Assembly (NCBI RefSeq): GCF_009914755.1
Contig: NC_060928.1
Origin: the human T2T-CHM13v2.0 reference genome, Homo sapiens
Reading direction: 5' to 3' (one strand)
Length of the DNA: 64,000 bases
Position 1 is the stretch's first letter, and each line of letters opens with the position of its first letter. The position numbers were made by a program, and so were the translations under genes. This document shows positions 51,721 to 64,000 of the stretch, piece after piece. The notes below the pieces were generated by a model, which saw only the letters and a list, made by a program, of their open reading frames with translations, made no database searches and was not told the DNA's origin.

Positions 51721-53377
51721 TGTCTTTTATATTGTTATAAAATAATTTTTAATAAAAATTACAGCTTTTTATACAAGCCTGCATATAGACATATTTTGCT
51801 CTATCTTGAACTTGTAAAACAAATTTTACTTTTCTTAAAAGTTTCTGATTTTCAACTTATCAATAGGAAGCATCTGTTTTACTTCAGTTTTGACTTTGAT
51901 TCTTGGAGAGAAATCTGTTTGTAATCTTTTACATAATGGTTCCACTGAGAGAAAGGAAATACTGAGCTATTTCCCACCCTCCTCGTCCCAAACTCACTAG
52001 AAACAAATTGCTGTCCTAAAGACTTCAAAGAACCTCACAATTAAAACTTTAATAAACAACTATGTTTCAGATCTCCTTTTCAATACATTCCAGATAATGT
52101 GTTCATTTCAGTTTCCCATCTAAGGAAGAAGGCTTTGCATGCTAGATGACAGTGTGTGCTTATTTAAAATGCCTTGGTTGAGGACAAATGGTACTCTCTC
52201 CTACTATTTCTACTTAAAAGAAAAATATCATTTGATATTACCAGCAAATTGGCTATAATGCAACAATATCTATGGTTTGTATGATATTTGGTACATCTGA
52301 AATCCTCAAAGAAATTGGAGTTTCAAATCACTTGACTATCTTTTTGCATCATGAAAATTGCTTTCAAAGACTTTTAGACACTGTTACATTTAGGATCCAA
52401 TTACATGCTCTCTGTAAACAAGTAATTTTCCTAAAGAGCTAATAAAGTTTGTGTCTCAACCAATTTTACTGCTAATAAATGGCAAAGAAAATACAAGTAT
52501 ATCAAAGGATTTTTTTCTGGGAGTTGAGCACTTCAGAAATGTCTTTCTTTTGTAGTATCGCTTGCAAACTACTATTGCTTATTTTTGTCAACAACAACAA
52601 AAAAAATGTTCCCCAGATATAGCAACAAACTTTTAAAAATTAGAAAACATTATAGATAAATTAATAATTAAAATAATTCAAAATTTAAAATAAGAACAGT
52701 TGATAAGTAGGTAAATGTTACCTAAAGCCAAAACATGTTTTATTTTCAACACCAAGAGGATAAAATATAGTTTTTATTCCCCCAAAACACTTTTATATTT
52801 TTGACTTCTTATGCCAGTCTTCTTACAAAATTATATTTTTGTTTTGGTTGTAGTTTGACCTAAAATGACTAGACATTTCAAGAAGACAACTCATATTATG
52901 ACAAAAATAATTGCTAAATTTCAAATTAGCTTGCTTAAATTTCCTAATATTTAGTTAGATTATAACCTGAGTTACTTTTAAAATGCCATTAAATTTAAAA
53001 TCTAATTCAGGCCATAATGATAAATTCAAACTTTATTTACAGGTGTGTAAATCTTATCAACTCAAGAATACCTAAAACAACTGCATTAACTTTCATGCCC
53101 ACTTCTGTTTTGATCTTTACAGCTAGAGCTAGTTTCACATTTATCTCAAGAACGAACAGTAATTTAGCTGTGTTCCTCCACTAACGCAATTTTTTACATG
53201 GTATTATATTTTTAGTTCTGTGTTATCCATCCGTAAGCAACTTGAGGATAAGATATAATTATGTCTCTCTACCTCTTCAAGTTTCTTTTAAGTCATTGAT
53301 ATTAAGCGATGGTTCATGAATACATGGATACTAGTTTTGAGGGTTTCTGAGAATGAAAGTGAGTCAAAATAAAAGGC

Positions 53378-53592
53378 ATAATACTATTTTTACTAACAAC
53401 ATGTGCATATTGTGTCAGACACCTCCTACATATTATTTTAGTTAATCAGCAAAACAACAGTAGTAAGGTGTTATTTTTGCCTCCGTTTTACAGGTGATGA
53501 AACCTGCCCAAGTTTACATAGCCAGTATGCAACAGAAGAGAGATTCAAAGCCTAGCAAGCTTGCTGTATAATACCATGTGCTAAACCACAAT
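53378..53592 (-). mobile_element. MIR
   Basis: 'ccgttttacaggtgatgaaac...cctgcccaagtttacatagccagta...gagattcaaagcctag'. Confidence 0.7.
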
Positions 53593-54892
53593 TTTAAATG
53601 AGAAACCTGTAGAAAGATTATAAAAATTAGAATGACAAGAAGGAAATTTCATGCAGAAATAAAATTGCCTACAAATAATTTCTCAAATCCAGAAAGATTA
53701 TAGCAAATGCAATTCTAAATGTAATAGAGTTTCAATAGGAGGCTTAATTAGAGCATCTGAATCAGGTCCTGTTTTTCTAAAACAACATAAGAGAAAATAA
53801 GAATAGACTGTTTTTAGGATTGTACAAGGGTCTGATACTTACCTGTCTATTGCTTTCAAGTTCTTAACTGGACACAAAAATATTTTGATCAAACTGTCAG
53901 CTTTACTATTGCAATAGCTGAGTGGAGGTCATGGCTTTTGAACTTTGGAAAAAGGGCTTACCTATTGCCAACATCCTTCTCTCACCCTTCCTCTTTCACT
54001 GGTACAGAAGGGACAGCACAGACCCTACTCTAGAGTCTCAGTCAATCACTTCAACATGATCTCAAGGCAAAGAGCAAATTAAACCACACTCTCTCTGCAG
54101 GCAGGCAGATAGAAAAAGAGAAGCACAAACAAGTCTGTGCCAGCATGTTGAAGTCCTTGTCCCTAATTCATCTAACAAATAATCACTCCATCTTTAAGGA
54201 AGAGTGAGTAGCAGGAGATGAGGCTGTTCTCAAATAATTTCCTCTAAACAATAACATAAAGTCAAATAAATAGAGTTCCCTCCAAAGGATTAAATCTCTG
54301 GAAATGGAACTGGCTGGGGAAAAAAATGACCAAATAGTTTAGATCAGGCTAACAGGAATCTGGATAGCAACATCCCAGCTATTACTATCACAATAGATTT
54401 GGAAATGTAGAAGGCTATTGAGAACAGATTCATTAAGACTAGGACAACAAAGGCTTGGATATAAACTCTAGGAAAATCAATCTTAAGGAGACAGGAAACT
54501 ATTAAAAGTAATATGATAAAATCATAAATTATACTAATGAAAAAGAAAAAAAGGAAATCAGCTAAAATAAACCAATAGGACTTGTTAAACTATATAACTG
54601 CAAATACTGAGAGCATCAATAATATATTCTTAAGAAAGTTGGTTCTTTGATTTAAATCAGTATCAAGGATATTGTATTGAGAAGCTGATCCTTTAAAATC
54701 AAGATCCTTAAGAAACTTTGGCATTGGAATCAAAAAATCTCAATAAAATATCTTTAAGTTGTGACATATCAAAATACTGGGGCAGCCTGCTTGAAAGAGC
54801 CTACCACAATATTTTCCTGCTTCTGTTAGAACCAATGAAAATACTTTATCACAACTTATAGAGCTAATGAAAACCCTCTATCCTTATGCAGT

Positions 54893-55015
54893 ACACTATA
54901 TATATATATAAAAATATATATATAGTATATAATGTGTTATATATATAACATATATGCAATAAGTTTATATACAAACATATATAAATATATATATAAACAA
55001 TATACATGTAATATG
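54893..55015. repeat. (TA)n-rich low-complexity tract
   Basis: Direct inspection. Confidence 0.85.
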
Positions 55016-55194
55016 TTTTACAAGAAGGCAATTATGTTAAAATATTATTGTGGAATCTTTTTTATAATTAAACTATATTTTAAATATTTTTTCATGTATT
55101 ATAGATTTTAGCCATCATCTTAGAAAACAATTTTGAATGCATCTTTTAAAAATATTTAGGTTTAGGATTGTATATATTCAAGTGTAAACATGAT

Positions 55195-55524
55195 GACAAG
55201 TTCAGCGTATATCACAACCACACATACACATATACCCATACACTGCTAACACCACCAACACTACAGTTTAAAAGTCATGTTGGACTCCAGAGTTACAATA
55301 GCCAAGTAATCATAACGGAGATCATTTGGTTAGCATTTTTAAGGGTCCTGTTTAGGATTTATAACACTTTTCTACATTTCATCTTAAAACATTTTTACAT
55401 TTATATCACATACTTCTAGCTAAAATGATATTACTAGAAGCATTCAAAGATCAAGTAATCAAAGCACTGTTATACAAATAAATGTACATCTTTTAATGAA
55501 GATGTCTTTCATATTTTGCCTTCT
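55195..55524 (+). repeat. ~330-bp direct repeat, copy 1
   Basis: Aligns with 57491-57813 from 'gacaagttcagcgtatatcacaacc' to 'attttgccttct'. Confidence 0.95.
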
Positions 55525-56330
55525 GTACTGTTGAGATGTATGAGTTCTTGCGAATGCCTTGTTATTTTGCTGATGTATTTATTTGTTTGTTTATTTGCTG
55601 TGCAAAAGCCTTTTTTAGTTTGCTGTAGTCCTACTTGTCTGTTTTTCCTTCTGTTCCTTGTGCTTTGTGTGTAAAATCCAAAAAGTCATTAACAAGACCA
55701 GTCTTTTCTTCTAGACGTTTATGATTTTAGGTTTTACATTTAAATCATAAATTATCATAGATTTGATTTTTGTGAGTGCTATTAAGCGTTCAGCTTTTTT
55801 TCTTTTGCTAGCATTATTTATTGAAATGACTATCTTTTTATCATTATTTCTTCTTGGTGCCTTTGTCAAATATTAGTTGACTGTATATGTGTGAGTTTAT
55901 TGTTGGGCTCTCAATTCTGTTTCACTAGTCTGTATGTCTTTTTATGCCAGCATCATTCTGTTTTTATTACTATAGTTTTGCAGTATATTTTGAAACCATA
56001 TTTTGTAATACCTTCAGCTTTGCTTTTCTTTCTTAAGATTGCTTTGTATATTTTGGGTCTTCTGTGGTTCCATATAAATTTTTGATTTTTTTTATTTATG
56101 TGAAGTAAGTAACTGGAATTTTAATAGAGTTTGTATTGAATCTGTAGATGAGTTTGGGTAGTATGGACACTTAAAAAATATTAATTCTTCTGGTCCATGA
56201 ACACAAAATAAAGATATCTTTTCATTTATTTGGGTCTTCTTCAATTTCTTTCATCAATGTTTTATAGTTTTCAGTGTACAGCTATTTCACCTTTTATATA
56301 AATAAATTTCTATGCATTTTATATTTTATG
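55525..56330 (-). mobile_element. L1M ORF2 internal fragment
   Basis: 'ccttcagctttgcttttctttcttaagattgctttg...gtggttccatataaatttt...ttgaatctgtagat'. No 3'UTR or poly(A). Confidence 0.8.
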
Positions 56331-57490
56331 TTGTATATTTTGTTGGCAGGATTTGACCTCATTCAGTGTGGTTATAGAATCTTTATATTTAACAGATTTT
56401 TAAAGTACTTCAGTGGAATAACTAAAAATACACTTGTCAAATGTAAAGGACAAAACAGACACAATATGCTTAAAACATAATGCTATTGATTATCCCCACA
56501 AGGAAAAGTGGGGACCAAAAGTATAGCATTGTATAATTAAAAAATAAACTTATTTGGTTCCTTAAAGTCTAGAGTGATAAACACAATGCTCCTTCTTAGA
56601 ATTTCCTTGAATAAATTTAAAGAAGGCTTTAAAATAATTTTAAAATCTAGGCCTGTTGCCAACCCCTGTAGCAAGACATTTAGAGAAAGCTTTCTCATCT
56701 AAAGCTGGATGTATCTCGCAAATTTTAACTATTTGGTAACATTAGGTTGGTGCCATTTTCCTTTACCTCCCACCAGATGGAAAGCATCAACTCTAGCATT
56801 TGCCTTACAAATACTGTTTGTTGTTTGTTAGAGGGGAAATAGCATATTGTTACATCTTCTTCAACAGTGTCCTTATTATTAAATCAATGATGTCATTTTC
56901 CATAAAAAAGGGTTCCGTGAGAACATAACAATCTTATAAATGAAACAGGCCCAGCTCATCTGGTGAACTGTTTGTTACACATGAAATAGTACCAGATGCT
57001 TTATAAGAAGGTAACATGGTACAGGCCGACAATGTTATTTTGACCAGATTATTTATGTTTCATTCATTCATCCAGTGCTTTCTCTAAATAAACATGATTA
57101 TTTTGTTAGTCTTAGCACAATTAAAAAGGCTTCTGGTAATTTAATAATGATTTTTCCAAAAGGAAGTTAAATATTCAAATCAGACCCAAATCACGGAAAC
57201 AGACCAGGGCCACCTAGAAGTAACAAGATTCTCTTCATCTTGACAATGTGATTTGTTATAGACCAACAAGTTTATACTGGTTGCTTGAAAAAGATGAGAC
57301 TATGTAGAATTATTATATTTCTTATATCGCAAGACATATAGAATTTGTAAATGAAATTCATGAGCTTGCAACTTCTTAGCAAGATACTGTGACCCATAAT
57401 ACAGAGGTTCAACTGGCAACAAATCAGTGTGGGAAAATATCAATGAATATAGGATTATTAGTTTTTACTTAGGTCATGTGAGAAAGGAAA

Positions 57491-57813
57491 GACAAGTTCA
57501 GCGTATATCACAACCACTCATACACATACACCCACACACTACTGACAACACCAACACTACAGTTTAAGTCATGTTGGACTCCAGAGTTAGAATAACCAAA
57601 TAATCATAAGGGAGATCATTCGGTTAGCATTTTTAAGGGTCATGCTTAGGATTTATAATGCTTTTCCACATTTCATCTTAAAACATTTTTACATTTATAT
57701 CACATACTTCCAGTTAAAATGATATTACTAGAAGCATTCAAAAATCAAGTAATCCAAGAACTGGTATATAAATACATGTAAATAATGAAGATTTCTTTCA
57801 CATTTTGCCTTCT
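57491..57813 (+). repeat. ~325-bp direct repeat, copy 2
   Basis: Aligns with 55195-55524. Confidence 0.95.
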
Positions 57814-57984
57814 TTAACAACAACTCAGTCAAACTACTCTGTCTACATTGCAGGAATATATTACATTCATTTTTGTAAAAATCCCCTCTTAGTTAGTTAT
57901 AAATATAAAATTGAATCTTCAAAATGATCAAATTTGGAAAAACAATCTGAGTAGTTTTAGCAATATCAAGCAAAGAAGACAAAC

Positions 57985-58110
57985 TGCTTAACTGCCGTTA
58001 GCTAATATTTAGCACATACTTACTTGCCAGAAATTTTGCTTAGTATTTTATGCTAATGTACCATATAACCTGACCAAATAGGATTATTGTGTCCATTTTA
58101 CTATATATTA
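57985..58110 (-). mobile_element. MIR fragment
   Basis: 'tagctaatatttagcacatacttacttgccagaaattttgct...taggattattgtgtccattttac'. Confidence 0.45.
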
Positions 58111-59864
58111 CTGCAGTACTAAGTTATTTAAAAGAAAGTAAAGAGTGGCATAAAATATGTTTCTAGAACTTAGAAGTTCTATGTTTTTGTTAGAGATACA
58201 AAACTCATGATGTCAAATATTAGACAATTGATTTTGTTAGTGGTGTTGCAACAGCTACTACCTCAACATGTTTGAAAATTAATATAAACTGAAATTATAC
58301 ATTTAGAATTTGTGGGCAATATAAAAGCTGAACTGAACTTAGAATATGGGTAAATTTGTATAATTAAAAAAAGAGGAGTTTCTCTCAATCTGAGCATGAG
58401 ATGTGACAAAGCACAAAGTCTAGCATCATGTTGAATGTAGGAAAATAAAATTCCAACAAGGACAGGGGTTTACAATGGGTAATATTCAAAAATAACATTA
58501 AACAAATAAAAGGGAAAACTTGTACTATGCTCTGGAAAGTTGAATGTTTGAAGTTTGTATTCGATATAAAAGGCCATCAATAATAGAGTTACATAAACAA
58601 AAGTTTTACCTATCTTGACTTTTCTAAATAAAAATTTGTGTTATACTTGACAATTTAAAATTCATTTTGTCACAAAACATGAACAATTAATTAAAACTGA
58701 TTTTAATATCTTTTTACAGATGTTAAAGTTTACTTGCTACAGAATATTTCTGCTAGAATTACAAGGGGATTGAGAGTGGGGTGGAATTGGGATTGAACTA
58801 GAATACAGGGTTTCAGTGTATACAAAAACACAGATCAGTAATAAAAGAAGGGATTGAAGGTGCAATATAAGGCAAGGCTAGGAAGCATTAAGGAGAGTGA
58901 AATAGGACTAAAGTATTTTAGAAGATTCTGGGTTATACAAAATATGAATACTCTTTCCTTCAGAGGGAAACGATGGTAATAAGAAATACATTATTTTTCA
59001 ACACTTTGGGAGTTGAAGTACCATGCAGAGACTGATACTCAAAGTTGGCAGCCATGGTGGAGGTAGTGGGGAACAACATTTATTCAGATAACAGGTAGAT
59101 CGTGTTTCAGATGTAAATATCTTTCGTAAAGAAAAGCTCACATTTCAAAACTGATGTAAATAATAACTAAACTGACAAATGTGTTTAGGCCAATACAAGA
59201 TTGCTAAATAAATGTTCAATCTTTCATTGGAGATTTGCAGTCAATAGCATTCTACCTTAACATGGAAGCTGAAGTAGGTTGAATTAGAGTAAAGCCCAAA
59301 ATAAAGAGTAGTACTGTACTCAAAACATCTTCCTTTATTATTTTAAATATATTTGAATTTAATACAAACATATAGGGGAACAGTAAATAAAATTCAATTC
59401 ATCCATTCTTTGAACATCATCCAACTTTTCTATAGATATTTTTATTAAAACAAAAACACCCTTCATAATATTTTTATGTCTTCTTCATCTGTTTTTAAAA
59501 TGTTATTTGATCCACACATCCTTCAAAAAGCAAAGTGAATGTTTCAAATTATAACTTTCAAGTTTACAGCATTTTCAAAGGCTTTGCATTTGGAGAAAAT
59601 TTTATATTCATTTGCCCTGGAAGAATAATCAGGGTTACTTTGACCCCACAATACGTGGAAGCAAACTTAAATGCAATAACTTCCAATAACCTTGATAATA
59701 TATCATACTTTTCCATGTAATTTTTCCAAATATTTTCAACCCATATTATTTTTCATGGGTAATAGAAAAAAATATTTTCAGAAAAAAGAAACAAATTGTA
59801 AGAAATCTTGTGATTTGGCATAATTTGGAAGAAAAACTATGAAATTAAATAATTTATTTCTAAC

Positions 59865-60370
59865 AGATATGGTTTGGCTCTGTGACCCCAACCAAACCTC
59901 AAATTGTAGCTCCCATAATTCCCACATGTTGTGGGAGGGACCCAGTGAGAGTTAATTGAATTATGGGAGCAGGTCTTTCCCATGATGTTCATGTGAGAGT
60001 GAAGAGATCTTATGGTTTTAAAAACAGGAGTTTCCTGCACAAACTCTCTCTCTTTGCCTTCTGCCATCCATGTAAGACATGATGACGTGCTCTTCCTTAT
60101 TTTCCACCATGATCGTAATGCCTCCTAGCCACGTGGAACTGTAAGTCCATTAAACCTTTTTTTCTTCCCAGTCTCAGGTGTGACTTTATCAGCAGTGTGA
60201 AAATGGACTAATACAGTTCATTGGCACTAGTAGAGTGCAGCACTGCTGAAAAGATACCTGAAAATGTGCAAATGACTTTGGAACTGGATAACAGGCAGAG
60301 GTTGAAACAAGGCTCAGAAGAAGAAAGGAAAATGTAAGAAAGTTTGGAACTTTCTAGAGACTTGTTGAAT
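59865..60370 (+). mobile_element. THE1A/B 5' LTR (59865-60215) plus truncated THE1-int (60216-60370)
   Basis: 'gatatggtttggctctgtg...tggactaataca' followed by 'gctgaaaagatacctgaaaatgtg...ctttggaactgg...ctagagacttgttgaat'. Confidence 0.9.
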
Positions 60371-60810
60371 ATTTATTTTCAGTGTTTATTTTCTTTCACT
60401 CAGCATTGTTGTAAAATTCAGGTGTTATTGTTTCATGTGGCAGTAGTTAAATCTTTTTATTGCCATATAGTATTCATTGTATAAATATATCATGATTTGG
60501 TTACCAATTATACTGTTGGTGGATTTTAGGGTTCATTCTAGTATTTGGCTACTAAGAATATAAACATTATTTCACATGTCTTTTGGTGTATATATGTACC
60601 ATTTCTTTTAAGAGAATGACTAGCAGTAAAACTGCCAGAAAACAGGGCCTACGTAAATTCAGTTTTAGTAGATTGTGTCAGTTTTCCTAGAGTTTGCACC
60701 CATTTAACTCCCATTCTCTGTATTTCCAAATTGTGGTCATTTAATGTCTTATTCTACATTTGGTGTGATCAGTCTCTTTTTTTTTTTGTAAATTTTAGCT
60801 TTTCTCAAAG
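60371..60810 (-). mobile_element. L1ME-type 3' fragment
   Basis: 'ttctttcactcagcattg...tttttattgccatatagtattcattgtataaatatatca'. Confidence 0.65.
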
Positions 60811-60819
60811 AAATATAAT

Positions 60820-61137
60820 TAACCTAAATGCCCATTAATGGCAGACTGGATAAAAAAATGTGATATATATACACCATGGAACACTATACAACCATAAAAA
60901 AGAATGAGATCATGTCCTTTGCAGGAACATGGATGGAGCTGGAGGCCATTTTCCTTAAAAAGCGAATGAAGAAACAGAAAACCAAATACTGCATGTTCTC
61001 ACTTATAAGTGGGAGCTAAATGATAAGAACACATGGACAAATACAGGGGAACAACAGAAACTGAGACCTACTTGAGGATGGAGGGCAGGAGGAGAAAAAG
61101 GATCAAGAAAACTAATGGGTACTAACCTTAGCATCTG
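60820..61137 (+). mobile_element. L1PA13-15-like ORF2 end / 3'UTR fragment, truncated at both ends
   Basis: 'gagatcatgtcctttgcaggaacatggatggagctggaggccatt...ctcacttataagtgggagctaaatgat'. Confidence 0.8.
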
Positions 61138-63277
61138 AATGAATTGCATTTGCTGAACTGAAAAATTCATTAGAGGTTCTCTACAGTCAAACAGATTATG
61201 CAGAGGAAAGAACCAGCGACCTTGAAGACAAGCTATTTGAAAATACACAGAGGTGAAAAGAGGAAAAAAAGAATGGAAAGAAATGAAAATCACGTATAAG
61301 ATTTAGAAAATTACCTCAAAACAACAAATTAAGAATTATTGGTGTTCAAGATAAAGTTAAGTAAAGGCAAGGGGTTAAAAGCTTACTTATTCAAATAAAT
61401 AATAACAGAAAACTTCCCAGAACTTAAGAAAGATTTACATATCTAGGTACAGAAAGGTCAGAGAACACCAAACAAGTTCAGTCCAAATAAGACTACACAA
61501 AGGCATGTAATACTCAAATGATGTAAGTTCAAGACAAAAAGAATCCTAAAGCATCAAGAAAAAAGGAAGATAATAACCTATAAAGGAACTTAAATTTGTT
61601 TGGCAACTGACATCTCAAAGGAAACCACATAGGACAGGAGGGAGTAGAAAGAAAGAAAAAAAACTACCATCCAAGAATATTGTATTTAGCAAAGTTATTC
61701 ACCTAGGAAGGAGAGATATAGCCTTTTCTAGTAGAATGCAATCTGAGATAATTCATTATCATCTGATCCACATTAAAAGAGATACTACAATGATTTTAAT
61801 TCTGAAACAAACCAACAAAAAACACACTGAAATGCAAAGAAAACCCCAAACATTTCAAGGTATAAAACCCACTGAGAAATTAAATACAAAGATAACACCA
61901 GAATATTCCAATAGTGGGATGTGCAGTTTTCACATAACTCTGATATGAAGTTTTAAGACAAACCTGTCAAAAACAGTAATAGCTATAGCAATTGAGAGAT
62001 CAGCAATATAAAAATATGTACATTGATAGAATAAGAAGTCAAACTGAAAGAGGTTAGCATACTTTTCTTTTAGTTTTTGTTTTTTTCTTTGTGTGTTTCT
62101 TTTTTAAATATTTAAGATAAATTGTTATCTCTTTAAAATAACTTATGTGTATAAGATGTATTTGTAAGCTACATTGTAATCACAATGCAAAACTGTATAA
62201 TTGATACGCTAAAAATAAAAAGAATCTAATTGATACATGCTACCAGAGAAAATAATCAAAAAGAAAGACAGTAAAAAAAAAAGAAAGAAAGAGAAGAGTT
62301 ATGAAACAATCAGGAAATAAGCAACAAAATAGCAGTAGAAAGTCCTTACTGATCAATAACAATGTTGAATGTAAATGGACTAAATTCTCCTATTAAAAGT
62401 CACAGAGTATTTTTATAAAAAACAGTCTGAGAAAGAAAAATAATGTAAAACTTTAAAAATTCATAGAGTGTCTGAATAAATAAACAAGACCCAACAATAC
62501 ACTGCCTACAAGGAACCCACCTCACCTCCAGAGACACAAATAGACTGCAAGTGGAGAGATGAAAAAAGATACTCCATGCATATGGAAACATAAAAGGAAC
62601 AGGAGTAGTTATACTTAGATAAAATAGACAACAAATCTAAAATTGTAAAGAAACAAATAATTTCACTATGTAATGATAAAAGGTTCAATTTAGCAGGAGG
62701 GCATAACAATTATAAAAATCTATGCATTCAGCATCAGAGCACCCAAGTATATAAAGCAAGCATTAATATATCTAAATGGAAACAGAGTGCAATACAAGAA
62801 TAGTAGTGGACTTCAAGACCCCACACTCAGTAATGGCCAGATCATCCAGACAGAAAATCAACAAAGAAACTTTGGAGTTAAGCTACACACTAGACAAAAT
62901 AAGCCTAAACGACATTTACAGAACACTTCACCCAACTGTTACAGAATATGCTTTTTTTTTTTTTAAATCAGGACATGGGACGTTCTCCAAAATAAGCCAT
63001 AGATTAGGCCACAAAAAAGTCTCAACAAATTTACAAAAAGTAAAACAAATATCCAAGTTCTCTTTTTTGAATCACAATAGAATAAAAATAAAAATCAACA
63101 TCAAGAGGCACCTCAGAATCTATGGAAACACATGAAAATGACACATTTTCCTGAACAAACAATAGTTCAATAAACAAATTAAGAAGACAATTTTTAAAAT
63201 TTCTGAAAACAAATGAAAATGATAGTAAAACATACCAAAATCTATGACATACAGGAAAAGCAGTACTAAGAAGGAAG
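61138..63277 (+). mobile_element. L1M (MA-type) ORF1 to ORF2-endonuclease fragment
   Basis: ORF 62776-63135 shows EN motifs (IVVDFKTP, DIYRTLHP, HGTFSKISH). Interrupted by THE1. Confidence 0.8.
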
Positions 63278-64000
63278 TGTGTTCATTTGTTCTCATGCTA
63301 TTATGATGAAATATCTGAGACTGGGTCATTTATAAAGAAAAGATGTTTAATTGATTCACAATTCCACATGGCTGTGGAGGCCTCAGGAAACTTACAATCA
63401 TGGCAGAAGGCACCTCTTCACAGCATGGCAGGAGAGAGAATGAGTGCCGAGCTAAGGGGGAAGCCCCTTATTAAACCATCAGATCTCGTGAGAACTCACT
63501 CACTGTCATAAGAACAACATAGGGGAAACTACTCCCATTATTCAATTATCTCCACCTGGTCCTGTCCTTGACACAAGGGGATTATTAAAATTCAAGGTAA
63601 GATTTGGGTGGGGACATAGAGCCAAACCATATCATTCTGCCACTGTCTCCTCCCAAATCCCATGTCCTCACATTTCAAAACACAATCATACCTTTCCAAA
63701 AGTCCCCCCAAAGTCTTAACTTATTCCAGCATTAACCCAAAAGTCCAAGTCCAAAGTCTCATCTGAGACAGTGCAAGTCCCTTCAGCCTATGAGCCTGTA
63801 AAACCATAAGCAAGTTAGTTATGTCCTACATACAATGGGGGGTATAGGCAATGGATAAATACACCTTTTCCAAATGGGAGAAATTGGCCAAAACAAAGGG
63901 GCTACAGCCCCATGAAAGTCCAAAAATCTAGTAGAGCAGTCATTAAATCTTGAAGTTTCAAAGTGATCTCTTTTGTCTCCATATCTCACATCCATTCTTG
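63278..64000 (-). mobile_element. THE1C/D 3' LTR (63278-63634) plus THE1-int running off the window
   Basis: LTR 'ggcctcaggaaacttacaatcatggcagaagg...gccaaaccatatca', then internal 'ccaaaagtccaagtccaaagtctcatctgagaca'. Confidence 0.9.

Noticed and set aside
55168-56338. ttgtatat as a TSD around repeat copy 1 plus the L1 fragment
   Set aside because: Short, AT-rich and not flush with the junction, so probably coincidental.

Overview
This is AT-rich, CpG-poor primate genomic DNA (catarrhine, since it carries AluY-type elements; human-like). It contains no credible protein-coding exon, RNA gene, CpG island or CRISPR array. Well over half of the window is decayed transposable-element sequence. 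Main items: a MER4-type LTR with a nested MER66-like LTR; a two-LTR non-autonomous MER61-type ERV1 provirus (3018-7411, CTAA target-site duplication) inserted into an MLT1 LTR; a near full-length L1PA16-like element with a ~113-bp monomer 5' array; a nested L1MC/L1MA/L1MB complex; THE1 elements; Alus, MIRs, L2s and DNA-transposon relics. All ORFs in the track are L1/Alu/LTR remnants or chance ORFs. I found no evidence of a new biological system. The most unusual signal is a recurring set of templated-insertion and duplication scars: a MIR piece inside a younger L1, two within-L1 copied segments, a ~330-bp non-tandem duplication, and 'copy-partial copy-copy' tandem duplications. Subfamily names come from my recall of consensus sequences and need RepeatMasker/Dfam confirmation. 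Boundaries of old elements are approximate.
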